From positions 16,531-80,530 of the forward strand of contig CAYPMB010000007.1 in the NCBI GenBank assembly GCA_964411915.1: a stretch of DNA of 64,000 nucleotides, given 5' to 3'. Numbering within the stretch: the first letter of the stretch is position 1; each line of letters starts with the position of its first letter. The notes beneath the pieces are model-generated. The model made no database searches. It saw only the letters and a list, made by a program, of their open reading frames with translations, and was not told the DNA's origin. The position numbers and the translations under genes were made by a program. The DNA comes from an uncultured Faecalibacterium sp. (GTDB taxonomy: Bacteria; Bacillota; Clostridia; Oscillospirales; Acutalibacteraceae). Shown in pieces: positions 55,463 through 64,000 of this stretch.

Positions 55463-58231
55463 TTGAATGTTGAAGAACTGAGAGTGCAATTCACTGCAAA
55501 CATAAAGGACTTCAAGGAAAAAACAGCCCAAGTGAATAAAGACCTTAAGTCAGTTTCTGAAATTAGTGATAAATGCAAAAGCGAACTTTCTAAGGCTATG
55601 AAAAAGCCCACGGAAGAAACAGTGAAACTTTCAAACGAATTGGATAAGTTAAGACTGAATTTCACTAAAGAGAAAAATGCAATTGCACAAGCTCAGGAAA
55701 AAATTGAATTATATGACAGCCAAATGCAACAGCTTGCAAAAACTCATAAAGAACAGCTTGCAGAGGCTGACAAAGCAAGACAGAAGGTGGGAGAATTAAC
55801 TTCTGCTTATAGTCATGTTAAATCGTTGCTTAGCTCTTTCGGCACGAATATTCCTTTGACTGCACAGTTGAAAACAGCTGAAGAAGAAACGAACGCACTC
55901 AGAGAAAAAATAGATAGCTTGAAAGAAGAGATGAATAAACCGGCTTCCAAAAATACGGGAGTTATGTATGGCAAAGTAGTTCTCAGCAAAGATGAAGCTC
56001 AAAAGGAACTTGATTCTTTAACAGCCAAGCTGAAAGAGTCTGTGGCAAACGAAAAAGACCTTAAATATACAATTAAGGTGGCAGGCGACAAACCGGAACA
56101 AACTTTAAAACAGCTTCAAAAGGAAATAGACGGTGCAAGTGCCGAATATGAAAAACTGAAAGGCAAAGCCTCTAATACCTATGATGAAATGAGTTCCTTA
56201 GCTGCTAAGACTGCAGCTGAGACAAGAAAAATTGATTTGTCGCAGATAAAACTTGAAGCATTAGGCCCAAAAGCTAAAATTCTTCTAAAAACAGTTAAAA
56301 CAACAATTGGTGTCTTTTCAGAATTGAAAAGTGTAGGCAAAACAGTCGGTAACGGCTTGAAAACAGCTTTTACTTCCGTGGCTGAAAAAATAAAGTCCAC
56401 ACATTCACATACTTCATCTTTATCCTCAAGCTTTAAGAAGTTTATAACTGTAGCCGGTGGATTATCACTTGTTAAAGGCATTTTCGGAACGCTGAAAAAC
56501 ACTGTGAGTGAATATATCAACAGTAATGAACAGTTGCAAAACCGAGTAAGCAATTTGAAAAACGCATTCGGTCAAGCACTAGCTCCGGCAATCAATGTAG
56601 TCGTTTCTGTTTTTGATAAGTTGATGCCGTATATTTTAGCGGTGACTAATTATATAGGCGAACTTCTGAATAAACTTTCTGCATTGGCAGGGTTAAAAAC
56701 AACCGCAACAGCATTGTCCTCTGTGGCATCAGCCACAAATGAAGTGGCAGATGCTCAAAATCAGCTTTACGGTTTTGACAAAATAACAAAGGAAAGTGAT
56801 AATTCCTCCTCATCTTCTTCCTCTTCATCTTCTTCCGGTGGAGTTAATTATGAAGTCGCATCTGTGCCATGGTTAGATAAAATAAAGCAATCCATTGAAG
56901 CGGGTGATTGGGCAGGTGTAGGAAACACTCTTTCCGAAAAGCTCAATTCAGCCGTAAGCAATCTTGACACCGGAAAAATTGGCGAAAAGCTAAGTAATTT
57001 CTTTATCGGTGCTTTGGACACAGGGGTATCATTCCTTGAAAATACTGATTGGCAACAGATAGGCAACAAGATTGCTGATTTTTTCGGAGCAATCGATTAC
57101 TCCGGCATAACGTCAAAACTTTTAGAAGGAATCGGTGCCGCACTTGGCGGTTCAGCTGCCTTAATTTGGGGGCTGATTGAAGGTGCTTGGGGTGATGTGG
57201 TTTCTTGGTGGAACGAAGTAGCGTATGAAGACGGACAATTCACCATATCCGGTTTGCTTTCCGGTATTTGGGAGAAGATTAAAGATATAGGTTCGTGGAT
57301 CAAAGAAAATATTTTCGATCCATTTATAGAAGGCTTTAAATCCGCTTTCGGTATTCACTCGCCTTCAACAGTTATGAAGGAAATGGGTGGGTATCTTATC
57401 GAAGGCCTCAGAGAGGGTCTTGGTGGTATTTGGGAAAAAGTAAAAGAGAAGTTCTCAGAATTATGGGAAGGCATATCAAACTGGTTCTCAGATAAAAAGG
57501 AAAAAATAACAGAGAAATGGAACACAGCGACCTCCGGAATTAAAGACAAGACAGCCAATATTAAAGCTAAGTTTTCGGACACTGTAAACGATGTCAAAGA
57601 AAAGTGGCAAAAGCGAACGAAGAAAATTACCGACAAAAGCGGAAAAATCAAGGCTAAGTTTTCTAACACCGTAAAAGATGTCAAAGATAAGTGGCAAAAT
57701 CGAACAAAGAAGATTACCGACAAAAGCGGAAAAATCAAGGCATCTTTTGCAGACAAAATAGAAGATGTGAAAAGCAAGTGGAAAGATCGAATGTCCAAGA
57801 TTACAGACAAAACGGCAACCATTTCAATGACAATTTCCGACGGTGTTACAAATCTTATAAAGAAAATAGTCAACGGCATTGTTGATATTTTAAATAAGGC
57901 AATAACTGCAGTGAACAAGGTGTTGCCGTCAAGTATGCAAATCAACAAGATTGATCCGCCAAAACTTGCAACAGGTACAGTCGTTCCGAAGAACTTCGGT
58001 GAAACACCGGTTATTGTTGGTGATAACAAGCGTGAAATCGAAGTTGTTTCACCCTTGTCAACGATTAAAAAAGCGGTCTATGAAGTTATAAGTGCAGCAC
58101 CAAGCAGCAACCAAGGACCGCAACGGATTATATTTCCAATCTATATTGGAAACAAGAAAATAACGGAAACTGTAATTGATGACATAAATAATATTACAAC
58201 TTCCACCGGAAACTGTCCCATAAAAATATAA
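55463..58231 (+). CDS. tail tape measure protein
   Basis: More than 900 aa, with coiled coils, Gly/Ala-rich hydrophobic central segments and internal repeats. The start is probably TTG 55463. Confidence 0.85.
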   Translation: MNVEELRVQFTANIKDFKEKTAQVNKDLKSVSEISDKCKSELSKAMKKPTEETVKLSNELDKLRLNFTKEKNAIAQAQEKIELYDSQMQQLAKTHKEQLAEADKARQKVGELTSAYSHVKSLLSSFGTNIPLTAQLKTAEEETNALREKIDSLKEEMNKPASKNTGVMYGKVVLSKDEAQKELDSLTAKLKESVANEKDLKYTIKVAGDKPEQTLKQLQKEIDGASAEYEKLKGKASNTYDEMSSLAAKTAAETRKIDLSQIKLEALGPKAKILLKTVKTTIGVFSELKSVGKTVGNGLKTAFTSVAEKIKSTHSHTSSLSSSFKKFITVAGGLSLVKGIFGTLKNTVSEYINSNEQLQNRVSNLKNAFGQALAPAINVVVSVFDKLMPYILAVTNYIGELLNKLSALAGLKTTATALSSVASATNEVADAQNQLYGFDKITKESDNSSSSSSSSSSSGGVNYEVASVPWLDKIKQSIEAGDWAGVGNTLSEKLNSAVSNLDTGKIGEKLSNFFIGALDTGVSFLENTDWQQIGNKIADFFGAIDYSGITSKLLEGIGAALGGSAALIWGLIEGAWGDVVSWWNEVAYEDGQFTISGLLSGIWEKIKDIGSWIKENIFDPFIEGFKSAFGIHSPSTVMKEMGGYLIEGLREGLGGIWEKVKEKFSELWEGISNWFSDKKEKITEKWNTATSGIKDKTANIKAKFSDTVNDVKEKWQKRTKKITDKSGKIKAKFSNTVKDVKDKWQNRTKKITDKSGKIKASFADKIEDVKSKWKDRMSKITDKTATISMTISDGVTNLIKKIVNGIVDILNKAITAVNKVLPSSMQINKIDPPKLATGTVVPKNFGETPVIVGDNKREIEVVSPLSTIKKAVYEVISAAPSSNQGPQRIIFPIYIGNKKITETVIDDINNITTSTGNCPIKI
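57539..57832 (+). repeat. 87-nt (29-aa) tandem repeats inside the tape measure gene, about 3.3 copies
   Basis: ATTACCGACAAAAGCGGAAAAATCAAGGC recurs at 57626 and 57713. The peptide unit is ITDKSGKIKAKFSNTVKDVKDKWQNRTKK. Confidence 0.75.
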
Positions 58232-58254
58232 TGCCACCGATTTCTCGGTGGCAT
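58231..58254. terminator. hairpin after the tape measure gene
   Basis: ATGCCACCGA-TTTC-TCGGTGGCAT, with a T-rich tract on the minus-strand side. Confidence 0.5.
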
Positions 58255-58258
58255 TGCT

Positions 58259-58378
58259 TCAGGTGTCATAAGCATCTCGTCAATGGCCAACTGCCAAAAC
58301 AATGATAACAATTTTATCATCATCAATTTTAGCAAGTAGACGGTAATCACCCACACGATAACGCCATTTATCACTATC
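58259..58378 (-). pseudogene. 3' remnant of a RelE/ParE-family toxin gene
   Basis: The minus strand translates DSDKWRYRVGDYRLLAKIDDDKIVIIVLAVGH*RDAYDT*. No N-terminal half or antitoxin is present. Confidence 0.6.
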
Positions 58379-58451
58379 ATTGCCGGACAAGGATATATAA
58401 TCAGCGTAACAATAAAGTAAAATTTAATTTCGGAAGGAGCAAAAATGTCAG
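58376..58451 (+). repeat. direct repeat copy A (matches 63870-63947)
   Basis: ATCATTGCCGGACAAGGATATATAATCAGCGTAACAATAAAGTAAAATTTAATTTC.GAAGGAG....ATGTCAG. Confidence 0.85.
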
Positions 58452-58813
58452 GTTATGTAGAACTTAATGGTGAAAAATTTTATCCCAAAATAGAGGGGGT
58501 AACATTTTCAAGTGAAAAGATATGGTCGAAAAAGACAGGAAGAACCACATCAAACAAAATGGTGGGTTCAATAAAAGCTATAAAGAAAAGTATTGATATA
58601 GAGTTTCCGCCATTTAAAAGCGAGGAAATTAAAGCAATCGAAGGGATTGTAAGCAATAAAAACTTGCCGTTTTTTAAATGTGTAATACATGACGGTGAAA
58701 AAGTTATTTTTTCAGGAATGGTGTATAGTGATACCCCTTCATATAAATTATACTCTACATTAAATAATTTTCGGGTTTATACAGGCTACAAGGTACAACT
58801 GATAGAACAGTAA
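58445..58813 (+). CDS. tail protein (distal-tail position)
   Basis: It is the first gene after the tape measure. GGAAGGAG RBS. Confidence 0.45.
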   Translation: MSGYVELNGEKFYPKIEGVTFSSEKIWSKKTGRTTSNKMVGSIKAIKKSIDIEFPPFKSEEIKAIEGIVSNKNLPFFKCVIHDGEKVIFSGMVYSDTPSYKLYSTLNNFRVYTGYKVQLIEQ

Positions 58814-58825
58814 GGAGCAAAAAAC

Positions 58826-60919
58826 ATGCAGTTAAAATTAAGATTCGGGGAAAACACCATAACCGATGACAATATAATGAGCTTTAAACTTTATGAAACA
58901 TTGTGTGATGAGAATTTTGCCTTTGGAAAAGTCAATATAAATTATGTGGAAGCAGAAATATATGATTTGCCAAACAGTATTTCAGGGTGCGTTTTAGAGC
59001 CGATTGTTATAACCGATGCAGAGGAAGAAATACCTTTAGGCAAATTTAAAGCAGAAAAGCCGAAAACAGAAGACAATATGACTTCCTTTACAGCGTATAG
59101 TCTTCTTAAATATAACACAAGTGATGTTTATACATCTCTTCTTCCCACAGATCAACAAGGCTGCGCACCTTTGGAAGATGTATGGGCCGAAGTCTGCACA
59201 CAGTGCAAGGTTGAATATGAAGTCTTGGGAGTGTCGGATAGTGTGAAAGTAGGTCTTTTAGAGGGCTTGACTTTAAAGGAAGTCTTAGGTCAGATAGCTG
59301 GTTTTTTAGGCGGTAATTGCACCATGAACCGAAACGGAAAGTGTTGTGTAAAACTCTTTAAAGAAACAACTAAAGAAATGACCGAAGATATGTGTGATGA
59401 GCCTGTTATCGGTGAGGAGAAATTCACATTAAACAGTTTAACTTGTATAACAAACAGCGAAACTTTAACGGTCGGTGAGGGTCCGGGAATAAGTTTTTCC
59501 AATGTTTTGATGACAAGCGAGCGCCTTAAAGAGATTTTAGAAGAAAACAAAAGCATAAGCTATAATGATATGGAAGTTAACCTTTTGACAGGAGACAGTG
59601 AAATAACCCCCGGTGATATAGTTGTTCTGCGGTATGCATCTAAAGATTACTCTGTGCCGGTAATGAGTAACACTATTGACTATGACGGTGCAATAATGAA
59701 TTTCCTTAGGGCAAATTATACCAATGAAGAAACACAAACTGATACGGTTAGTATTTCCGAAAAATACAAGACCATAACAAAAACTCAATCCGACTTTAAA
59801 AAGGCACAAAGTGAATTTTCCAAGTGCATAAATTCAGCTTTAGGATTACACACCACAACAAAAACTTTTGCTGACGGCTCAGTTAAATATTATTACCATA
59901 ATGCCACCACTCTTGAAAGCTCAACTTACATTTATACCACCACTTCAGAAGGCTTTGCATATACAAATAAGTGGAACGGAGATGATACAGCGTGGCAAGG
60001 CGGTATAGATAGTTCCGGGAACGCAATTTTAAACACTCTTTCCGTTCTTGGCATAAATGCTGATTGGATAACCTCAGGTTCCTTGGTGACTGCTTCGTCT
60101 GATGATGATTATAACTATAAAGGAATAATTGCTGATGGAAAAATCGGCCTTGAAACAACAGATAAGGAAACCGATGAAAATAAAAATACTACCACCATAG
60201 GACGAAACGGTATGCAATCCGTTACAAAGGCTGAGGTGTTTAAGTTTGTTCAGCCCGATAATTGGGAAAGCATGACGACCATAGAAAGAATTGCAGAACA
60301 CACAAGGCAAATAGGTGAATATCTAAAGAAAATAAATTTTGGCGTCAGTGGTGTGATCAACTTCGATGACGGCACAAGTGAAGCTTATCAACTTTATGAA
60401 AAAGGTTTAACCTTTACTTCTGCCGATGCAGAGGGAAACACCGACAGTGTTACATATTCAAAAGAAGGTGTGGATAATCTAAAATTTAAATATGGTGATG
60501 ATTATGTGAGCATAGAAAAAATGGTGGAAGTTGTTGAGAAACATGAAGAAAACTTGAGAGTCGTTGATTTCAAGGATGAAGTTATATATGACGGCTGTGT
60601 GGAGGATAAGTCCGGTAACGCAAGATTTACTTATCATAACGGACTTGTAACCATAGCATACAGAGGTAAAAGTTCGGCTGTTCATGAAGCCGATGAAGTT
60701 CTTTTTCAAATTCCCAAAGAATATGCACCTTCTTCTCTTGCAATTTATGCACCGGCTGTTTTCACAACAAGCAATTCAAGCGGAAATGAAAGTCTTGTGG
60801 GAATAGTGGCTATACGCTCAAAGGGGAATGAAATTCCCGGTTGTGTCACAACATTTCAGATTAAACCGAAAACTTACGCAACAACGCTAAATTTTCAAGT
60901 GTCATATTATGTAGATTAA
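58826..60919 (+). CDS. tail-tip / baseplate structural protein
   Basis: 697 aa, assigned by position after the distal-tail gene. Confidence 0.55.
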   Translation: MQLKLRFGENTITDDNIMSFKLYETLCDENFAFGKVNINYVEAEIYDLPNSISGCVLEPIVITDAEEEIPLGKFKAEKPKTEDNMTSFTAYSLLKYNTSDVYTSLLPTDQQGCAPLEDVWAEVCTQCKVEYEVLGVSDSVKVGLLEGLTLKEVLGQIAGFLGGNCTMNRNGKCCVKLFKETTKEMTEDMCDEPVIGEEKFTLNSLTCITNSETLTVGEGPGISFSNVLMTSERLKEILEENKSISYNDMEVNLLTGDSEITPGDIVVLRYASKDYSVPVMSNTIDYDGAIMNFLRANYTNEETQTDTVSISEKYKTITKTQSDFKKAQSEFSKCINSALGLHTTTKTFADGSVKYYYHNATTLESSTYIYTTTSEGFAYTNKWNGDDTAWQGGIDSSGNAILNTLSVLGINADWITSGSLVTASSDDDYNYKGIIADGKIGLETTDKETDENKNTTTIGRNGMQSVTKAEVFKFVQPDNWESMTTIERIAEHTRQIGEYLKKINFGVSGVINFDDGTSEAYQLYEKGLTFTSADAEGNTDSVTYSKEGVDNLKFKYGDDYVSIEKMVEVVEKHEENLRVVDFKDEVIYDGCVEDKSGNARFTYHNGLVTIAYRGKSSAVHEADEVLFQIPKEYAPSSLAIYAPAVFTTSNSSGNESLVGIVAIRSKGNEIPGCVTTFQIKPKTYATTLNFQVSYYVD

Positions 60920-60938
60920 ATATAAGGAGTAAACTTAA

Positions 60939-61862
60939 ATGGCAACAGTTAAAGTACAAATAAACGGGTCAAGTTATGACTTGACTTATAACGCATCAAC
61001 AGGAAAATATGAGGCGACATTAACGGCTCCGAGCGCTTCATCTTATAACAATAATTCGGGTCATTATTTTCCGGCAACTGTTACTGTAACAGATGAAGCC
61101 GGCAATGTTACAACAGCAAATGACAGTCATTCAACCTTAGGCGATAAATTAAAGTTATATGTAAAAGAAAAAATTAAACCGACAATTACAAGTGTTTCTC
61201 CTGCAAGCGGTGCAATGCTCATCACGGCTAATCCAACCATTAGCTTTAAGATTTTGGATAATGCTTCACAGACATCAGGCTTTTCGGGTATTGATTTAAC
61301 TTCTTTGAAACTTAAAATAAACGGCAGCGATATTGCATATTCTAAAATAACCGCACAGGCTGTAACAGGTGGTTATCAGTGCTCATACACACCTGATGCA
61401 GCACTTCCGGAAGGTAACAACACTGTCACTATTGCAGTTTCGGACAATGACGGAAACACTTCCGATACTGTCACATGCACATTCAAAATCGACACAGTTC
61501 CGCCAACTCTTAATATTACTTCACCGACAAACGGAGATTATACAAATAAGTCAACAGTTAACATTGTGGGTAAAACAAGTGATACCACATCTTCACCTGT
61601 GAAAGTTGCTATAAAGGTCGGTTCAGTAGATCAAGGAGCAGTTACGGTTGGTTCTGACGGTTCCTTCAGCAAGTCCGTCACCTTATCTTCAGGAGCTAAT
61701 ACTATAACCGTTACCGCAACAGATTCAGCAGGTAAGGTGTCAACGGTAACTTTGACAGTTCACCTTAAAACCGATGCACCGGAAATTTTAGGTGTAACGA
61801 TTAGTCCTAATCCTGTGGATGCCGGTAAGACATACACAATCAGTGTTCAGATTTCGGAGTAA
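60939..61862 (+). CDS. Ig-like-domain tail protein
   Basis: Repeated beta-rich Thr/Ser/Val segments (VTIAVSDNDGNTSDTVTCTFKIDTVPP, ITVTATDSAGKVSTVTLTV). Confidence 0.55.
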   Translation: MATVKVQINGSSYDLTYNASTGKYEATLTAPSASSYNNNSGHYFPATVTVTDEAGNVTTANDSHSTLGDKLKLYVKEKIKPTITSVSPASGAMLITANPTISFKILDNASQTSGFSGIDLTSLKLKINGSDIAYSKITAQAVTGGYQCSYTPDAALPEGNNTVTIAVSDNDGNTSDTVTCTFKIDTVPPTLNITSPTNGDYTNKSTVNIVGKTSDTTSSPVKVAIKVGSVDQGAVTVGSDGSFSKSVTLSSGANTITVTATDSAGKVSTVTLTVHLKTDAPEILGVTISPNPVDAGKTYTISVQISE

Positions 61863-61865
61863 GTT

Positions 61866-62183
61866 ATGATAACACGAGTTTGGGGCAAGGCAGATAGCTT
61901 TGCCCTTGAATTTTCACCGGACGAACATGGAGTTTGGTGTGCAAAAGTTCCCGGTGATTTTGAAGATGGACAGTATGCAGTTGAGATCCATGCTATAAAC
62001 CATATAGGTTACACAGCATATTGGACCGGAACTTTATTTATTTCCGATGGCAAAGTTTGCTGTCACATTCAGCCACCGGAATATATTATTTGGGTTAAAG
62101 CTGAAAATGAATTTAACATTGAGATATGTAACGATTGGAATATAAGTGTTGCTTGGGGGTGCGAGAAGAATGGACGGCATTAA
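61866..62183 (+). CDS. hypothetical tail-module protein
   Basis: ORF tightly packed in the tail module. Confidence 0.45.
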   Translation: MITRVWGKADSFALEFSPDEHGVWCAKVPGDFEDGQYAVEIHAINHIGYTAYWTGTLFISDGKVCCHIQPPEYIIWVKAENEFNIEICNDWNISVAWGCEKNGRH

Positions 62184-62436
62184 GCTGAATTTAGGCGAAG
62201 AACGATTTATTAAATTAAAAGTTGGACACAGGGAAAATCAGAATTTTGTTATTGCAAGCGCAAAATATGAATTGATAAACGGTCAAGAAGTGTGTTCATC
62301 AGGTGATATGTTCATTGAAGGAAATGTTTTGACAGCTTTGATTAAAGCTGAGAAAAAGGGCGTTTATGATTTTTCCGTTACATTAGTCGTTCCTCCCGAA
62401 ACATTAAAACATAAAGTTTATATACAGGTGGTGTGA
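62170..62436 (+). CDS. hypothetical tail-module protein
   Basis: The ATG at 62170 follows GGGGGTG. The track start at 62146 is an alternative. Confidence 0.4.
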   Translation: MDGIKLNLGEERFIKLKVGHRENQNFVIASAKYELINGQEVCSSGDMFIEGNVLTALIKAEKKGVYDFSVTLVVPPETLKHKVYIQVV

Positions 62437-62438
62437 TT

Positions 62439-63914
62439 ATGGCATATTATGCATATTTTTCACCGACAACACACACAGCAAGTGACTTCAATAGTACAAG
62501 TAATTTACAAAAAAGCTATGACCTTGATGGCGGTTCTTATGCAAACATAAAAACAAAAGGAAATGGTACAAGTACGCTTTCTTTCAAGGGGCTGACGCAA
62601 TTTGCACAATCAGAGTATACTTCTGGCAACTGGGCACCTTTAAAAACACTATCCTCAGGTTCATATCAGTATATGCCGGAAAATGCTGTTATAATCGGAA
62701 TAACAGCTTGGTGTTTCCCGTATTCGTGGGCATTGAGTGCACCGACTTTTACGGTAAACATAATAGAAAACGGTAACATTGTTAGCTCTGCTTCAAAGAA
62801 TGAAACCGCCGGTGTGTCAGTAAGCACTTCTATATCATATGATACAGCACTAAAACACGATATAAATTGGTTAAAAAACGGCATAGGCTTTTCACTTATT
62901 CAAAAAGGAAATTATTCATTGTCCACATCTACTGTAAATACCGATTTACAGGAGTGCTATGTTATAGTGGAATATATTTTATTTCATACTATCACAGTTA
63001 ATGCAACCGCAGGTGGAACAGTAACAGGTGGTGGATCTTACGAAAGCGGAAAAACTGTTACTCTTACGGCAACGCCAAACACAGGCTATCGTTTTGTCAA
63101 ATGGTCTGACGGCAATACAAGTGCCACACGAACTGTAACAGTTACAGCAGATACAACTTACACAGCCGAGTTCACTAAAAATGTTTATGTCACATACGAT
63201 AGTATTTTCAGCTTTGCAAAATGGAAAGACACCGGTATTAAAGCCGGTAACGGAATGGTTTCCGATATTACAAACATTGGTTTTACATTGACTTCAAATG
63301 CGGGAGTGGGCGAGGCCACATGTTCATCACACTATTTTCCCGTTGAATACGGAAAGTCATATAAGATTGACATTGATATTGTGGGAAATAACTGGGATGT
63401 TTATATTTTCTTTTGTGATAAAGACGGGAATTGGGTTGATTTTGCCGATAGCACCAATAGGTTTTCTTCTAACGGAAGTGGTGTCTCAAGCCGTGTGTTT
63501 ACAGCGCCGAACAAATCTTCCGTTGTCAAGGCTCAAATTCGTGTTGATGCTAACGGTGCAAGCAATAAAGTCTTATTTTCCAACTTTCGCATTTATCCTG
63601 CTGAATATGAGTATTTCAGTAACACAGTGTCAGCAGAGGAACGAGACGATGTTAACGCTTGGAGTCAGCCTATTCCAACTCGACAAGGGTGGAAGTTCTT
63701 TGCGTGGTGTTCAACTCCTACCGGTGGTAACGATTATACCACGGGACACGGCAATTTTGCTTTTCCGACAGAAGATATGACTTTGTATTCCTATTGGGAA
63801 AGCACAAAACCGGAAATCTTATCAGTTCAGATTTTATATAACGGCTCACAAGTTTCCTTGTCTAATAAGATCATTGCCGGACAAGGATATATAATCAGCG
63901 TAACAATAAAGTAA
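62439..63914 (+). CDS. receptor-binding / tail fibre protein with Listeria-Bacteroides-type repeats
   Basis: GYRFVKWSDGNTSATRTVTVTADTTYTAEF and a second degenerate repeat (GWKFFAWCSTPTGG...TLYSYW). Confidence 0.55.
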   Translation: MAYYAYFSPTTHTASDFNSTSNLQKSYDLDGGSYANIKTKGNGTSTLSFKGLTQFAQSEYTSGNWAPLKTLSSGSYQYMPENAVIIGITAWCFPYSWALSAPTFTVNIIENGNIVSSASKNETAGVSVSTSISYDTALKHDINWLKNGIGFSLIQKGNYSLSTSTVNTDLQECYVIVEYILFHTITVNATAGGTVTGGGSYESGKTVTLTATPNTGYRFVKWSDGNTSATRTVTVTADTTYTAEFTKNVYVTYDSIFSFAKWKDTGIKAGNGMVSDITNIGFTLTSNAGVGEATCSSHYFPVEYGKSYKIDIDIVGNNWDVYIFFCDKDGNWVDFADSTNRFSSNGSGVSSRVFTAPNKSSVVKAQIRVDANGASNKVLFSNFRIYPAEYEYFSNTVSAEERDDVNAWSQPIPTRQGWKFFAWCSTPTGGNDYTTGHGNFAFPTEDMTLYSYWESTKPEILSVQILYNGSQVSLSNKIIAGQGYIISVTIK

Positions 63915-63947
63915 AATTTAATTTCTGAAGGAGAAAAAATATGTCAG
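63870..63947 (+). repeat. direct repeat copy B (matches 58376-58451)
   Basis: It covers the last 14 codons of the fibre gene, the intergenic spacer, the RBS and the first codons of the next gene. Confidence 0.85.
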
Positions 63948-64000
63948 TTAAAACTTATAGTTTAAAAACAGATGGAGACAAAAAACTCTCTGAACATTTT
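63941..64000 (+). CDS. partial phage gene (5' end only)
   Basis: ATG after GAAGGAG; reads MSVKTYSLKTDGDKKLSEH and runs off the window. Confidence 0.4.
   Translation, partial: MSVKTYSLKTDGDKKLSEHF

Larger units (their letters stand above)
36254..64000. mobile_element. siphovirus-like prophage inserted in cotJC (left junction approximate; right end beyond the window)
   Basis: The gene order is serine recombinase, lysogeny/defence cassette, CI/Cro, replication, terminase, head, tail and receptor-binding genes. The host GC-rich repeat family is absent. Confidence 0.85.

Noticed and set aside
57355-58029. 224-aa minus-strand ORF (and nested 57488-57697) inside the tape measure gene.
   Set aside because: It is the antisense image of the 87-nt repeat region and shows the same periodicity, with no independent support.
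58141-58380. 79-aa minus-strand ORF spanning the end of the tape measure gene.
   Set aside because: It is in the wrong frame. The meaningful minus-strand signal here is the RelE/ParE C-terminal fragment in a different frame (58259-58378).
63298-63780. 160-aa alternative-frame ORF inside the receptor-binding gene.
   Set aside because: It is nested in the same strand of a gene with recognisable repeat domains, with no RBS or family resemblance.

Overview
This is a low-GC Firmicutes segment that looks like a spore-forming Clostridia chromosome. Positions 1 to about 36250 are host DNA. They carry an ABC transporter, lysine-riboswitch-controlled dapA-lysA, SOS-boxed uvrB-uvrA, an M28 peptidase, nrdR, a small membrane protein behind Cheo (LexA) boxes, a zinc-ribbon/PASTA pseudokinase, and era-(yqzL-like)-recO-mutS2. 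They also carry a cluster of a stand-alone condensation domain, an acyl-AMP ligase, a carrier protein and an Sfp-type PPTase, then an alkaline phosphatase lipoprotein, a Liv-type amino-acid ABC importer, GH127 and GH30 glycosidases, initiator tRNA-Met and cotJA-cotJB. At about 36.25 kb cotJC is cut after about 32 codons by a siphovirus-like prophage that runs to the window end (over 27 kb). The prophage carries a large serine recombinase, a cassette of DUF4041/T5orf172 + MNT + HEPN apparently co-transcribed with the repressor, and a CI/Cro switch. It also has a PcfK/PcfJ-like pair, an HUH Rep-like gene with VRR-NUC and SSB, terS/terL, scaffold, capsid, tail, tape-measure and receptor-binding genes. 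No portal gene is recognisable. The main non-genic signals are a family of GC-rich modular hairpin mosaics with a conserved loop and covarying stems (host DNA only), and a perfect 101-nt four-way-junction palindrome. Others are a 38-nt tRNA-like motif shared by a host intergenic region and the prophage late leader, degenerate tandem repeats upstream of tRNA-fMet, and a 76-78 bp direct repeat plus a RelE-fragment scar in the tail module. All calls rest on reading the sequence and remembered family motifs; no database search was run.
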